This document shows, piece after piece, positions 23,146-34,956 of a stretch of 64,000 bases of DNA. The first letter of the stretch is position 1, and each line of letters starts with the position of its first letter. The notes under the pieces were generated by a model. That model saw only the letters and a program-made list of their open reading frames with translations. It ran no database searches and was not told where the DNA came from. The position numbers and the translations under genes are program-made. The DNA comes from Neophaeotheca triangularis (lineage: Eukaryota): positions 186,001-250,000 of the forward strand of contig BAAIJX010000020.1 in the NCBI GenBank assembly GCA_054600435.1, given 5' to 3'.

Positions 23146-24978
23146 ATGAGCGGCATCGAAGTGGCAGGCGTTCTCCTCGGCGCCTTCCCTCTCATCATCT
23201 CGGCTTTGGAGCATTTCGAGACGACGAAGAAGGGGGTTCGTGGCTGGTGGAAAATCCGCACGCAATACAAGAAAGACTTGGGAAGACTACGCACCTGCGA
23301 GCTCAAGTTTCAACTCAACCTCAAAGCACTACTGGGCCCTCTCGAGTTTGAGGGTACCATTGCAAAAACAGATGTCGATCGCATGCTCAGGAACGTCGAC
23401 GACGTGGGCTGGCAGAACTCGGACGTCCAAGAAGCCCTCATTGAGAGGCTCGGGCCGACGAAGACTAGATTTCTCGATATCATCCAAGAAATGAATGAGG
23501 CAATAGTACAGCTCGCAAGAAAGTCCTTAGTCAACGATCCGAGCTTCCAGACGGCTTTGCAGGCAGGTGTGAAGGTACGGCCAATTCACTAGCTGTTTAC
23601 AACCAGCCCAATTTCAGTCAGCTAAAGTCTTTGCCAGGCCAAGGATGCCCGACTCAAACTCACAGCAAACGAACACATTGCCTTTGAGTGCAAAAGGATC
23701 ATGTATACCGTGTCCGGAACAACACGCGAGGCCCTTCTCGGCGAGATCGACCGCTTGAATGACGACCTTTCAAAGTTCCTCAGAGCGTGTGATGGCTTAG
23801 CACAATTCCAGGACACACCAGAGAAAACGTCGTCCAGGAGGATGAAGCGGAAATATCGGCACTTACTCGGATTCTGGAAGCACGCCGAGAGCGTATATTT
23901 CCTCATACAGCAAGCGTGGCAGTGCAAATGCGCTCCGTGGCACTGCGCCTATCTCTGGCTTGATCGAAGAACCTCGAGTCCAGACGATTGTTTCGAGATT
24001 TTGCTCAGGTTCAGCGACGGCGCTTCGAGGCAGCAGCTGTGCGCGCCAGCGACGTGGCAAGAGCAAGGACTCCGGCTGCAGAAGAGCCTCGACGCCCAGT
24101 CCAAATATGACGCGCCAGACCCGCAGCCGGAAGAGGGAATCATGAAAACGGTCGTTTTTAGCCTTCCTACCAGGAGCCACCCGGTTGTCATGGGAGTAGA
24201 ACCCGCAACGTCAGTTTCGCCTGGAGGAAAGGCTAGCGCAAGCCAGATCACGACAGCCGCGACCCCAACGAGCCAGCCGCGGGCAATAGAGATTGCAAAA
24301 GTTGGACTCTGTGAAAGTGCAGAGAGAAGCCAGAAGCTTATAGGAGATACGAGTCTCGGACTATTGAGTGATAGCCAAACCGGCTGCTGCTTTTCGGTGT
24401 TCAGCACTTGTAGCTCGGTGACAGCATCAGTCAGTCTCGCGAGTATCTTAGAAGACGCGAACTCCCGATATGGCCTCTTCCGCACCCAGCGACTCACCTT
24501 GGCCTACACCATAGCGAGCTCCTTCCTCCAGCTATACGAGACTCCCTGGCTACGCGACCAGGCAATGGCGCGCGCAATCAGCCTACCTCTGACAGCAGAC
24601 TCCAAGAATGTGTGTTTCGACAAGCCATTCGTTCATGTAGCGTTCAAGCAGAACATGTGCGAATGGGTCGAGAACGAAGCTCTGATCGAGCTGGGCATTT
24701 TGCTGCTAGAACTCTGCTTCAACCGGCCGCTAGAGTCGCACCATGAGTGGCAGGATCGGAAGCTCACGAACCTGAGCTCGGATAGGCTGGTGCGCCAGTC
24801 CATTGCTATGAAGTGGTCCAAGAAGGTAGTGCACGAGCTCGACAACGACTATTTCATAGCCGTTGACTGGTGCTTACACAAGGCGACGCTGACAAGCGCT
24901 GACTGGCGTCTGGATTTTGCGAAGATGGTAGTACAGCCGCTGCGACTCTGCTACGAGGCTGTGCCCGTCATCCAGTGA
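23146..24978 (+). CDS. Protein with a HeLo-like N-terminus and a degenerate kinase-like C-terminal domain (DUF7580-like); intron 23575-23637
   Basis: N-terminal MSGIEVAGVLLGAFPLIISALEHF helix; central WQCKCAPWHCAYL; C-terminal RLTLAYTIASSFLQLYETPWL...LGILLLELCFNRPLE...YFIAVDWCL...FAKMVVQPL. A phase-0 intron (GTACGG...GCTAA...CAG) removes the in-frame stops. Confidence 0.8.
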
Positions 24979-26490
24979 TCATCACTGTGTATCTCTCCGG
25001 AAGCCGTTACGTCGGCGGTGGCCCAAATCGACTATCTCTGTGGCAAAGAGCGCTTTCTGGGAAAAGGGAGTGCTGAGAATCGGGATGGGCAGGCTGCTAT
25101 CAGTTAATGGCGATTCGCCGTTTAGTTGAATGACAGCTCCTGGGACACAGTTAGTACGCTGAGTAATTTCTGCCAATCTTCCAAGAGTGAGCGACTCTGC
25201 GCATGTCTTTGTCTCTTGCGGTTTGAGATAGCAAGAGCTAGGGCATTCTCTGCAAACGTACTTTGCAGACCTTCGAATCGGTTCCTGCACGAAGCTCAAG
25301 CGTTGAAACAGCTCCCTAAGCATTCCGGGTTGCGACTACTAATAATTTCCAGAGCACAGCGCTGTGGGGGTTGCATCCAACGTCCCGTGTCGCCGTCCGG
25401 GCATCATTGTTATGGACTTGGAGTGATTGAAGATGACGGGTGTGAGAACAAGGACGTGCGGTTGTATTCACGCCCAACCCCTAGCCCCTAGTGACTGGCC
25501 AGCTTGAGTAGTAGTAATGATCGGGAGACACAAACGCATTCACGCTCGTGGCCGCGATCGGTAGAAGCCGGCGCGTTTTCTTATTCATCTTGCTGCCTCA
25601 GGACCATTCATTGCTAGGAGGTCGATGGTCCGCGAGTGGAGCGGAGGGGGGAGGACTCGGAGGAGGTCGATTACCACAACACTTGAGTAAAGATGGAGCT
25701 GTACCAAAAAGCGTAAGGTACCTGATGCCGTGCGATCGACATTCTAGAACGTTGTCGAGAGCGGGCCCAAACCTCAACGTCGGGATTGCGTTCGGAACCG
25801 GTCAAAGTCTCTCTAGCCACGTGTAGAGTCAATTTCGACCTTATTACCTAGGTAGGTAGGTAGAGTTCCGATGTTAGGAGGTAAGATACCTAGGTGGCCG
25901 ATTTATCGTATACCTAGTAACATGAATGGACCAGCAATATCGTTGCTGCCTGGGTAGGCTACGCTACCCCTCTAGGCAACAACAACAACAACATGCATTA
26001 TGGAGTACATCATCCGTGTAACGTGACGCTGCTCGGGGTTTTTCGTACTCTGCCGTGATCCTGCCGCGTCGTGGAGGCGTGTGGCTGATGTCAGCGTAGC
26101 TCCCGCGTCCACCTGCACCTGCACCCGGACTTTTCGGAGATTTTCATGAGATGCTGTTCCTTCCGTTCAAACAAAGGTAGTTGCCATTTCAGGGTTTGAA
26201 GGGGAAATCCCATCTTTCTTCGACAGCGAGATTGAGTAGTGTCAGTTGATGATGGACGGGATGCATCGACTAAGTACCTCGGAGGTAATTGGTACCGTGT
26301 TGTACCGTAGGTCCGTACCTTTCTAGCTTTGGTTGGGCTAGCGGCGTGGCAGTTGAAGACGATCGGCGTTAAATTACGCATCGTTGCCTGTTGCGTACCC
26401 AGGTAGGTGGACTAGACACGCACTACACATGCGCGGTTCGTTGTGAACCTGTGATGAGGCGCGTAGAAGGAAATTGACAGCTACTTTGCA

Positions 26491-26528
26491 TAATAACAAT
26501 AACAATAATAATAATAATAATAATAATT
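26491..26528. repeat. (AAT)n/(AAC) microsatellite
   Basis: taataacaataacaataataataataataataataat read directly. Confidence 0.9.
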
Positions 26529-27162
26529 GGAGCATGTTTAAATGTTTATGCGGAAGAAAGCGAAAGGCTTCCATCTCTGTTATTAATTGTTTAAAGTGAG
26601 ATTGACCTGGTAGCGCACAATCTCCCGTCGTGGCACGTCTTGGACCCCCTCATTATTTTAATTATCACGAGGTACAAGTAGTTATCTCAAGGCTTACTCA
26701 ACATGCCCGAGTCAGTTCCAACGCTCTCTTCCATTCTCCTGGTGTGTCTGTTCTTGCACTGCCACCAAACCCACCTCATCACTCATCGTTCGTCACTCGT
26801 CACTCGTCACCCTTTAGCCGACGACTACCTTACCTACCTAGACCTACCTTACTGTACCTTAACCCCCCCAATAATTTCCACCTCCACACTCACCATGTCA
26901 CTACCACTACTGTCGCTGCTCGTCTAATTACTTTGTTTACTGCTGCCTACTCACCACCATCACCACCACTACTACCACTACCACATCATGCCCGCCTCTA
27001 CACTTCGACGACACAGCAACACCACCTAGACCACCTCAACTTCACTCTGCAATTCAGGAACCCCGCAAGGGACCTCTAGACCCTGAACAAGCTCCACAAA
27101 CCTAAGGACTCTGAAACGCAGACAAATAACTCTACAATACAACCTCCAACACCTTCACAACG

Positions 27163-28398
27163 ATGCGCCGCAGCCTCCTCCTCTCGCTCCTCCTAATCCT
27201 CGCCCTAATCATCTTCTTAACCCACCAAGTCTGGACCCTAATAACCCTCCTCTTCGTCGATGGCCACGACTCAGCAATCCACCGCTCCGAACTCCCCACC
27301 TACCCGCCCTCCAACGATGCCCAAAACCAAACCGACCCGCGACCTCAATTAATTCCCAAGATCCTCCACCAAACCTACATCAACACCTCGATCCCACAAG
27401 TTTGGGCAGAAGCGCAACAATCCTGCCTAAACCTCCACCCGCAACACCCATCCTCCCTCAACCCATCCACCAACGCCAACACAACCTCTCCCGACGGCGA
27501 ATGGGAATACAAACTATGGACCGACGCAGCCAGCGCCGCCTTCATACGCAAAGAATACCCGTGGTTCGCGCACACGTTCGAAAACTACCCCTACCCCATC
27601 CAACGCGCCGACGCTATCCGATATTTTGTTCTGGCCCATTATGGCGGCGTCTACATTGATCTCGACGACGGATGTAACCGCCCGTTGGAACCCTTACTCA
27701 CCTACTCAGCCTGGTTACGGCGAACAGACCCCACAGGCATCTCCAACGATGCAATGGGCAGCGTACCAGGCCATCCTTTTTTCTTGCGCGTCATCAAGAC
27801 TCTCCAGTTCGCCGACCGCAACTGGCTAGTCCCCTACCTGACCGTCATGGCGAGCACGGGCCCGCTTTTCTTGAGCGTCATCTGGCGCCGCTGGAGCATG
27901 GAGGGTTTCAACCATGGCGAGGGGCTTGACGGCAGCCGCCTGCGAGTTCTTATGCCTGCTGAATACAACGACTTTCCCTGGAGCTTCTTCACTCATCACC
28001 GCGGCAACTCCTGGCACGGCGGGGACGTGCAGTTTTTCATCTGGGTAAGCCCCCTCAAACCCAGACCCACCCACCCACCAATTACCCCAACTAACCTCCC
28101 CCCTCTCTAACAGGTGGCCCACCACTGGCTCCCCCTAACCCTTCTCCTCCTCCTGCTCCTCGCCCTCACCAGCCTCACCATCTACTCCCTCTGGACCCGG
28201 CACCTCTCGCCTCACACCTCGCATCAACGCTCCGTCTCTCTCACCCCCTCCTCCTCGCCACCCCCAATGAAATGGAAAACACCCCCTTCTTCCCCCTTCT
28301 GGCGTCGACTATCAGCGAGCAAGATTCTAGGTCTAGCCGGTCTGAGCAAGGGCGGCAGATATCGGGAGTACGAGCTAGTGGAGAGGCATGAAGTCTAG
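27163..28398 (+). CDS. SUR1: Mannosyl-inositol-phosphorylceramide synthase (GT32, Sur1/Csh1/MitA family); intron 28045-28113
   Basis: N-terminal TM segment, IPKILHQTY, YPYPIQRADAIRYFVLAHYGGVYIDLDDG (DxD), PTGISNDAM, STGPLFLS and GNSWH. A second TM segment lies in exon 2. Confidence 0.9.
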
Positions 28399-30075
28399 GC
28401 TCATCGCGCATGGGAGTTTGAAGCGAATGGCGTTTTGTGGCGTCTTTCTTTTGCCCCTCCCCAGCTATGCATGCGGTCGTGCTGGTTTTTGTCGATACGG
28501 AACGACTTGTCTGTGCTAACGATGCATATGACAGTCTCAGCAGCGTGCTGTGATGATGGGCAATGGCATGAGCATGAGCATGGCTCTTTCAAGTTTGGGT
28601 CAGCCTCTGAGGCTTTTTTTTTTCTTTCCTCTCACACGCCTTGCTTGCTGGTTCGCATTTGAACATTGAACTGGGTCTCGACTTGGCAGGCAAGGGGGGG
28701 GAAGGCTGGGATTTCGAAGTGCTCGACCGGCCATACCTACTTCTTCTTACTATTTTATCAGAGTCTCTTTCCCCTTTTTCCTTCACTTTTTCATTTTCTG
28801 ATGAGATGCTCAGTCAGATGTCTTTTCGGACTTTCTCTCATCGTGGATTCCTTTTCTTTCCGATTCGTTCGTCGGACTAGCGTACCGTGAGGATTACCGT
28901 ATCGTGAGGTCAACTACAACACATCACCTATATTACCTGACAACCTGACAACTTTAATCTTCCTGCAACAGGCCGGTCGTTGTTTACAAGTAAAGTCCCG
29001 AATCTCGGCTGTTTGTTTGTTTGTTTGTCGGCTCAGGAATGGAATCTACTTGCTCGTTGCTTTCTTTCATTTCGTGCTACTACAGACCTCGACAAAATGT
29101 CTTCACTCCAACTCTACCTGGAACGCCCATCGACAATGCCCGTCTAGCCAGCTAACTGACTAGCTCGTAGTCATCCGCATATTTCCATCCCGCAGTGTCC
29201 CTAATTGAGCCAGGGGCGGGTTGAGTGCGTTCGACGCTCTTTTCAACCGCCGTGGCGAGATGCAGAGCTGGTAAGTCCCCGTGCCGTACCGCCTGCTGCG
29301 GATACCAGAGACTAGCCCGCGCAACCTTGGATACTGGCGAGCTGCGTCGTGGGAGTTTCCGGGGGTTGGTATAAACGGGTTTTTGAGATTGAGTCTTCGG
29401 GCGCTTGCCGTTATCGTCTTATCTATCGTGCCGCCGGAGGGTTGTGAGGCTCTGCTCTAGTTGTTGCACCATTTCCACACGTCGCTCGGATGGCTGAGCC
29501 GGATGGACGGGAGTGTGAGTAGGGCGTGGGGCTGATCCGCTTCGGGCAATCGGATGCCCGAAGCGTGCAAGGGGCGTGCGCGTAAGCTGTCGTGGCTTCG
29601 CTGGGGGGTGGCTGCGTACACGGCCGCGTCCTCGCTGCTCTTGAGAGAGATGTCTGAACATCTGCATCATGATCTAGTCCGAGTTCCAGGGCATGGGTGA
29701 CGATGTTGCGCTGGGGAAGGTGATTGGGGCCCCATTTTGGTCTGGTCTGCGGTTCGACTGTTTGCAGATTTGCTTTGAGGAACAACCTAGCCCTCACGCG
29801 GAGTGGCGTGACTTAAGTTGGTGTAACGCCGTGGTCATCCTTTCGTCGGTGGTCATAACTAGCTCGGTCTCGAGATATGCCTGGGGTCGCTAAGGTCGTG
29901 GTGGGCGACCAGTCTTTTGAAGCGTGCTGGCGTGGCACTCTTTGGTCGTTGAATTACCGCGGATCACCTCTACGAGACGTGGACAGACCAGTCTTATTCG
30001 TCGCTCGCATGACGATTGTCCGCATGTGCGGCCATGTTCGAGGGCGGCAATCAGGAGTAGAGACCATCCGCCGCC

Positions 30076-31464
30076 TCAGAACCTGCACAAAGTCAGCACT
30101 TGCCCTTCATACATCGTTCCCTACAAAGGGCTGAGTTGGGTAACTCACCTAATCTCATAACTTCCCGCTCTCGTCATATATCGCACCCACTTGACACTAC
30201 TATAATTACTCTTCTCAAAAACCTTCAAATACCTTACCAATAACCCACTCGACGTAAACATCAACAGCGAGAAATTTAAACTCAGTGGCGGCCGGCTCCA
30301 AGCCTTTTGGTTCGTCATGCTCGTCAGTGCAGCCTCGGCTGATAGCACAAACTCCGACTGTCCGGTGAAACGCGCAATCTTCCAGACAATGTTGTTCTCG
30401 GATGGTTCGTACTTTGCTTTGCCCTGGCTGGTGCGAAGGGTGGTCGAGGCGGTGTTTAAGGGTGTGGGAATCTTGACTACAACATTTGTGGCGAAGAGTT
30501 TGGAGCCATAGTTGGCACGGATGGCGATGCTGTACTCGACTTTTGTTTTGCCGACTTCGTTGACGATGGCTTGGACTTTGAAGGGGAGGTTGACGTTTTC
30601 CGTCGCGCGGTAAGTCATTAATTGGAAAGAGCCGTCGGGCGGGATGAAGGAGATTGTGCGATCGTTGGTGAAGTTGGAGAGCTTGACGCATTGGTGGAGA
30701 GAGACGTCCTCGAGGGAGACGGAGCCGGCTGCGGCTTTGGTGGCTTTGTTGCCGACCATGTTCCCTGTGGGTCCTCCAAGAGAGGTGTCGAGTCCAGCGT
30801 CGCCAAGAGTAAGGCGGTCGTTGAGGCCGAATTTGCATTCCGGAGTGCCAGACAGGTAGGCACGCATTTCGATTGCACCATTGACGTCGGCGCGGAGGAC
30901 CGTACCCGATGCCGAGACGAGGAGGTTGACATCTTCGATTACGTCGACAAAGGCTTCGTTTTTTCGGTATTTGATGTTATCCCTGCGCCAGCTGAGAGCA
31001 CCCGTGGCCTGCATGGTGATCTTGCTGCTGTCTTCGAGGGCCTGCTCAGATTTGACACCTTCGGTTGTAATGTACATTTTGAGAGTTTCCGTCTCGGTGT
31101 TTTGTGGGTAGCCAAAGTCGAGAATTTCGTCGAGGAGTTCGTAGACCATTACGAAGTTGCTCTTGACGGCTTCTTCATCAAAACGGCCAAAGTAGGATTT
31201 ACCCAGTGCTACGAGTTTGTAGAGAAACTCGAAGACAAGGGCGCTGTTGACGTTGCCCTTGCTTACACCAACAATGTAGATATTCTCGCTCTTGATGTGG
31301 GAGAAGGTCGTGCTGCCCAGGGTGAGGATGGGAGACCTGATTTGCGAGTTGGATATGACCTGAATGCGGAAGACATCGGCGAGACGAGGACGCATGTCTT
31401 GTCGAAAGGAGCGTAGAATAAGCAGCTCGCCCTTCTGGTTGAAGAGCAGGACACCCGAGAGCAT
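30076..31464 (-). CDS. APM4: AP-2 adaptor complex mu subunit; exons 31464-30149 and 30082-30076
   Basis: MLSGVLLFNQKGE start, YELLDEILDFGYPQ, IKYRKNEAFVDVIE, AYLSGTPECKFGLND and VKWVRYMTRAGSYEIR|F*. Terminal intron GTGAGT...GCTGAC...CAG. Confidence 0.95.
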
Positions 31465-31927
31465 CTTGACGCTGTTGCACCCGAGGGTGACTTGTAGTAT
31501 GGAAGAGCTGTGTTGCCGACTGTCTATCGAGTGGGTGAGGCCAAGCCATGCAGTTGGAAGTCGACGTTCAGGAGCTCGATTCATTTCTGCCTTACCAGAC
31601 ATCAGGCAGGAATAATCTGAGCCGAGCTCCAACCCTAACTCAAAGCGGACGATCATCGTCGACGCCTCATCTGACTGCTGCACCACCTCACGCTCGACCT
31701 GTGCTATCATCACTTCCCACAGGGCTATTGCTACGATTTACCCACCACACGCCCTCGGACCTCCATCGATCTCGAATTGACAGCTTTCTCCACTGGCCGG
31801 TGGACCACGCAACAGACTACCCTCCGACGTCCAGACCTATCCACCTATCCAACCCTACCGCCGATAAGGCGCGAGCTTGCCGACTCCTACCTTTCAAACC
31901 AACAACCCGCCTAGGTCTTTCACCAAG

Positions 31928-32351
31928 ATGAAGCCCCTAGTCAGCGCTTTCAATGCATACACATGGTATGGACGACTCCCGGGTGTCTGGCCCTGGCGCG
32001 GCACAGGCTAACGGAAACAACTCAGCATCGTCATTTCAGTCTTTGCGATAGTAATTCTAAGCGCAATAGGCTCCATGTTTGCCACGGGGAATCACACAAT
32101 GATGGGCAGTACAGAGGATCCGGAGAATGGACCCGCAGTTGCTGCGGCCGTCTTTGGTGCCGTGGGTGTCTATGGTGTAGGTAGTTCCCTTCCCCACGGA
32201 TGAGCTGCCCCATTAGCGAAGGTGGACTGGTCAAGATATGGGGGAATAGTGCTGATCATACTTGTGTCTACAGGTCTTTCTCCTCTTCTGCGCTTCCCAG
32301 GCTTTCCTCAACCACCGACAGAGCCGGCAGGGCGAAATAGCGTTGCGTTAG
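31928..32351 (+). CDS. V-ATPase V0 subunit f (RNase-kappa / yeast YPR170W-B family); exons 31928-31965, 32026-32176 and 32274-32351
   Basis: Spliced product MKPLVSAFNAYTCIVISVFAIVILSAIGSMFATGNHTMMGSTEDPENGPAVAAAVFGAVGVYGVFLLFCASQAFLNHRQSRQGEIALR*, with two TM helices and a GSTEDP loop. Both introns are GT...CTRAY...AG. Confidence 0.88.
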
Positions 32352-32626
32352 CTGCTGCCGCGCAGTGTTGCCTTGAGTGAGTCGAGTGACGAGTAGTGCG
32401 GAATCTGGGACACAATACCGGTGAGATCACTGCATGGAAGAAGATGTCGATGTGAGGCTACATTATACCTGAGCGACCTTGTGGTGATGGCCGGCGTAAT
32501 GATGGCGTTTGGGCGTCTCGAAGGAGGCTGTTATGGGATTTGTAGATATGTCTTTGGTACGAGAGGAGCTATGTGATACCTGTTCGCCAAACATCCGATT
32601 CAAGATTCTTTCTTACGAGGTGCTTG

Positions 32627-33007
32627 ATGCAAGCACTTAGTGATCTCCCACCGAAATTGATACTAAAAGATATAGTCTCAAGGCTGACACTACGACGCGA
32701 AGCTAGATCATACATTGAAAGTTTGACCAACGGCGAACATCTACTAGAAGGGCGTATGAACTTTTCACTCTTGTCAATTGATCAACGATCTATGACCATA
32801 GAGAGTAGCATACATTCGGTCTTACAGGTATTGGGTCAGGAAACAATACTCCAGCACTTCCTACCTGAAGCTCTCTTTCGTCTCCACATACTGCACCGCC
32901 TTGGGTCGATCTCAGTTCCGTCTTTTGACGTAGCGCTGACCGCAAAATATGTGTTCATCCAAAGCGTTGCGATCATCCAAGCCTGTACGCCAGATGATGT
33001 GCAGTGA
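32627..33007 (+). pseudogene. Short ORF or relic starting with an F-box-like motif
   Basis: MQALSDLPPKLILKDIVSRL resembles the LxxLPxExxxxIxxxL F-box consensus. The rest is unrecognised and AT-richer than neighbouring genes. Confidence 0.3.
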
Positions 33008-33311
33008 GTGAAGATTCAGGAGACCGTACCCGGGGGAGAACAGACCTAGCTAGGTGAAGTCTCTCCTTCACAGTCACCTCCCGGCGAGCAACGCAGTCTG
33101 CGTGCGCATCACGGCGTCTCGGCGACACATACAAAAACTACATCCCGCTGCAGCATCCTCCACTTCCTTTAAACTCCCAGCAACAACCCCTAGCATCCGC
33201 CACACATCTACACCAAACCACCCCTAACCAAACTCTCTCGTACCATCTCCATCACCGCCCACCAAAACCACAACCACACCCAACACACCCCACCCACCCA
33301 CCAATACCAAA

Positions 33312-33865
33312 ATGTCCGACACCTCCGCCACCGGCACCTTCACCGCAGGCGATATGAAGCTCATCTCAGCCGTCTTCCAGCACCTCGTAGGTGACATCCA
33401 AGTAAGCCCTCCGTCCCCCTGAAGCCCGACCACCCCTTCACTCCTTGAAAACTACACTGCAACCGAGCCTGACCCCTCGCAGACCGACTGGGACGCGGTC
33501 GCCACTCTCTGCGGCTACAAAGACAAGAACGTCGCCAAAACCCGCTGGGGCCAGATCAAGCGCAAGAAGATTTTGGGCTCGGGCGATGCGGCTGCGGCTG
33601 GAAGAAAAGCCACGCCCCGCAAGTGTGGTAAAAAGGCTGCTGTTGAGGTTGAGGAGGGTGGGAATGAGGAGGGTGAGGGTGATGGTAAAGGCAAGAAGGG
33701 TGGGAGGAAGACGAAGAAGGTGAAGACTGAGGCTGTCGAGGAGGAGGTTGCTGATGGCAAGGGTCAGAAGGGTGAGCTTTTATTTTTCTTCTCTTTTGTT
33801 TTTCTGGAGGATTGGCGTGGATCGATGCTAACGTGTAGTTTGCAGAGACTCGAGCTTACATCTAA
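33312..33865 (+). CDS. Small basic Myb-like DNA-binding protein with a Lys/Glu-rich tail; introns 33402-33482 and 33772-33845 (or 33838)
   Basis: MSDTSATGTFTAGDMKLISAVFQHLVGDIQ|TDWDAVATLCGYKDKNVAKTRWGQIKRKK, followed by ATPRK and KKGGRKTKKVKTE. Canonical donors and acceptors. Confidence 0.75.
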
Positions 33866-34956
33866 GTTCGTAATGGTCAGGCCGGGAAAAATTTGCTCGG
33901 GGCTTTGGCCGCTTGATGATGAGGGGCGTTGGCTACTGGAAGGAAATGGCGTTGCGGCTGCTGAGCGCGTGGTCTCGGTCGTAAAGGGGAAGGTCTTACT
34001 GGGGCTTAAGCATGGGTTCATCACCTGCGCAGATAGCTTTCAAGCATGTTGAGCTCCTGTGGCTATGAATTTTCTTCAAAGGTGACCCGGTACGCTACCT
34101 TCTAGTTGTGGGCATTGTCCCCAATTGTTGGAAGGAAAAAATACCTTTAATGTCGGTACCCCTAGATTGAACGGCTCGTTGGCCGCACTTTTCTATCCAA
34201 ACAATCCAAGTGATGCTACTCACTCTCAACCGCACACTTCTCGTGCGATCGGCGTGCTTTATTCAAATCACCCAGGATGTTACATTGTCACGGATCCTTG
34301 GGTCGCACGGCTATGCTCGCGGCGCAATGCCGCTATAAAGCTATGAGACCATTTACTGGTATAGTCCATGTCCTTTCTGCATTACTTGAACCTTTGATCG
34401 GTGTGAAGGCTTCTCCAGCGTTATGTACGGCGAGAGGAGTGCGTAGCGGGTCATCTGGATTGATGTCTCAGCCAACCTTTTAAGGTGGTATAGTTCAGCA
34501 ACTGTAGAGTCGCATGGGTGAATTAGAAGCTAGGCACGTAAAAGGTTCGGGGCGAATTCAGATGTAGTTTTGACGGACAGCTGTATCAGGGTATTAAATT
34601 TGCTTGTTGGCGCATTCACGCTGTAAGTCGTATCAAAAGACAATAGCAGGACTCTCAGCCGACATCCTCTGTAGGCCGCTATAGACATATTGGAAAGACT
34701 CGGCACCCACAACAGGCCTTTATTCGAGCTTTGCTGGATTGTTGTACTCTTTTTGGCAAGTAAGATCGCTGGGGGAGAAGTGAAGTCGGAGCAAAAGTCA
34801 ACCAAACTCTGACCCTAAGAGAGGCTACTGCAATCGATAGCCGCATTCGAGCCCCAGGCAGAAGACTCTCTCAATCAAACACTTCCCAACGCAAAACACA
34901 ATGTGTTGACGCAGCCACCCGAAGAGACCCCCAGTCTCCCAACAATCAATTCCACC

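Noticed and set aside
28547..28613. Box C (GTGATGA) and box D (CTGA) pair downstream of SUR1
   Set aside because: No clear rRNA-complementary guide, and it lies in a probable 3' UTR where such short motifs arise by chance.
29097..30070. Possible gene between SUR1 and the AP-2 mu gene (ATG, branch and donor-like signals)
   Set aside because: No consistent spliced frame, and stops occur in all frames. At most an unidentifiable relic.
31465..31713. 83-aa N-terminal extension of the AP-2 mu subunit in the ORF track
   Set aside because: The conserved family start MLSG is at 31464. The extension is not homologous and falls in the divergent promoter.
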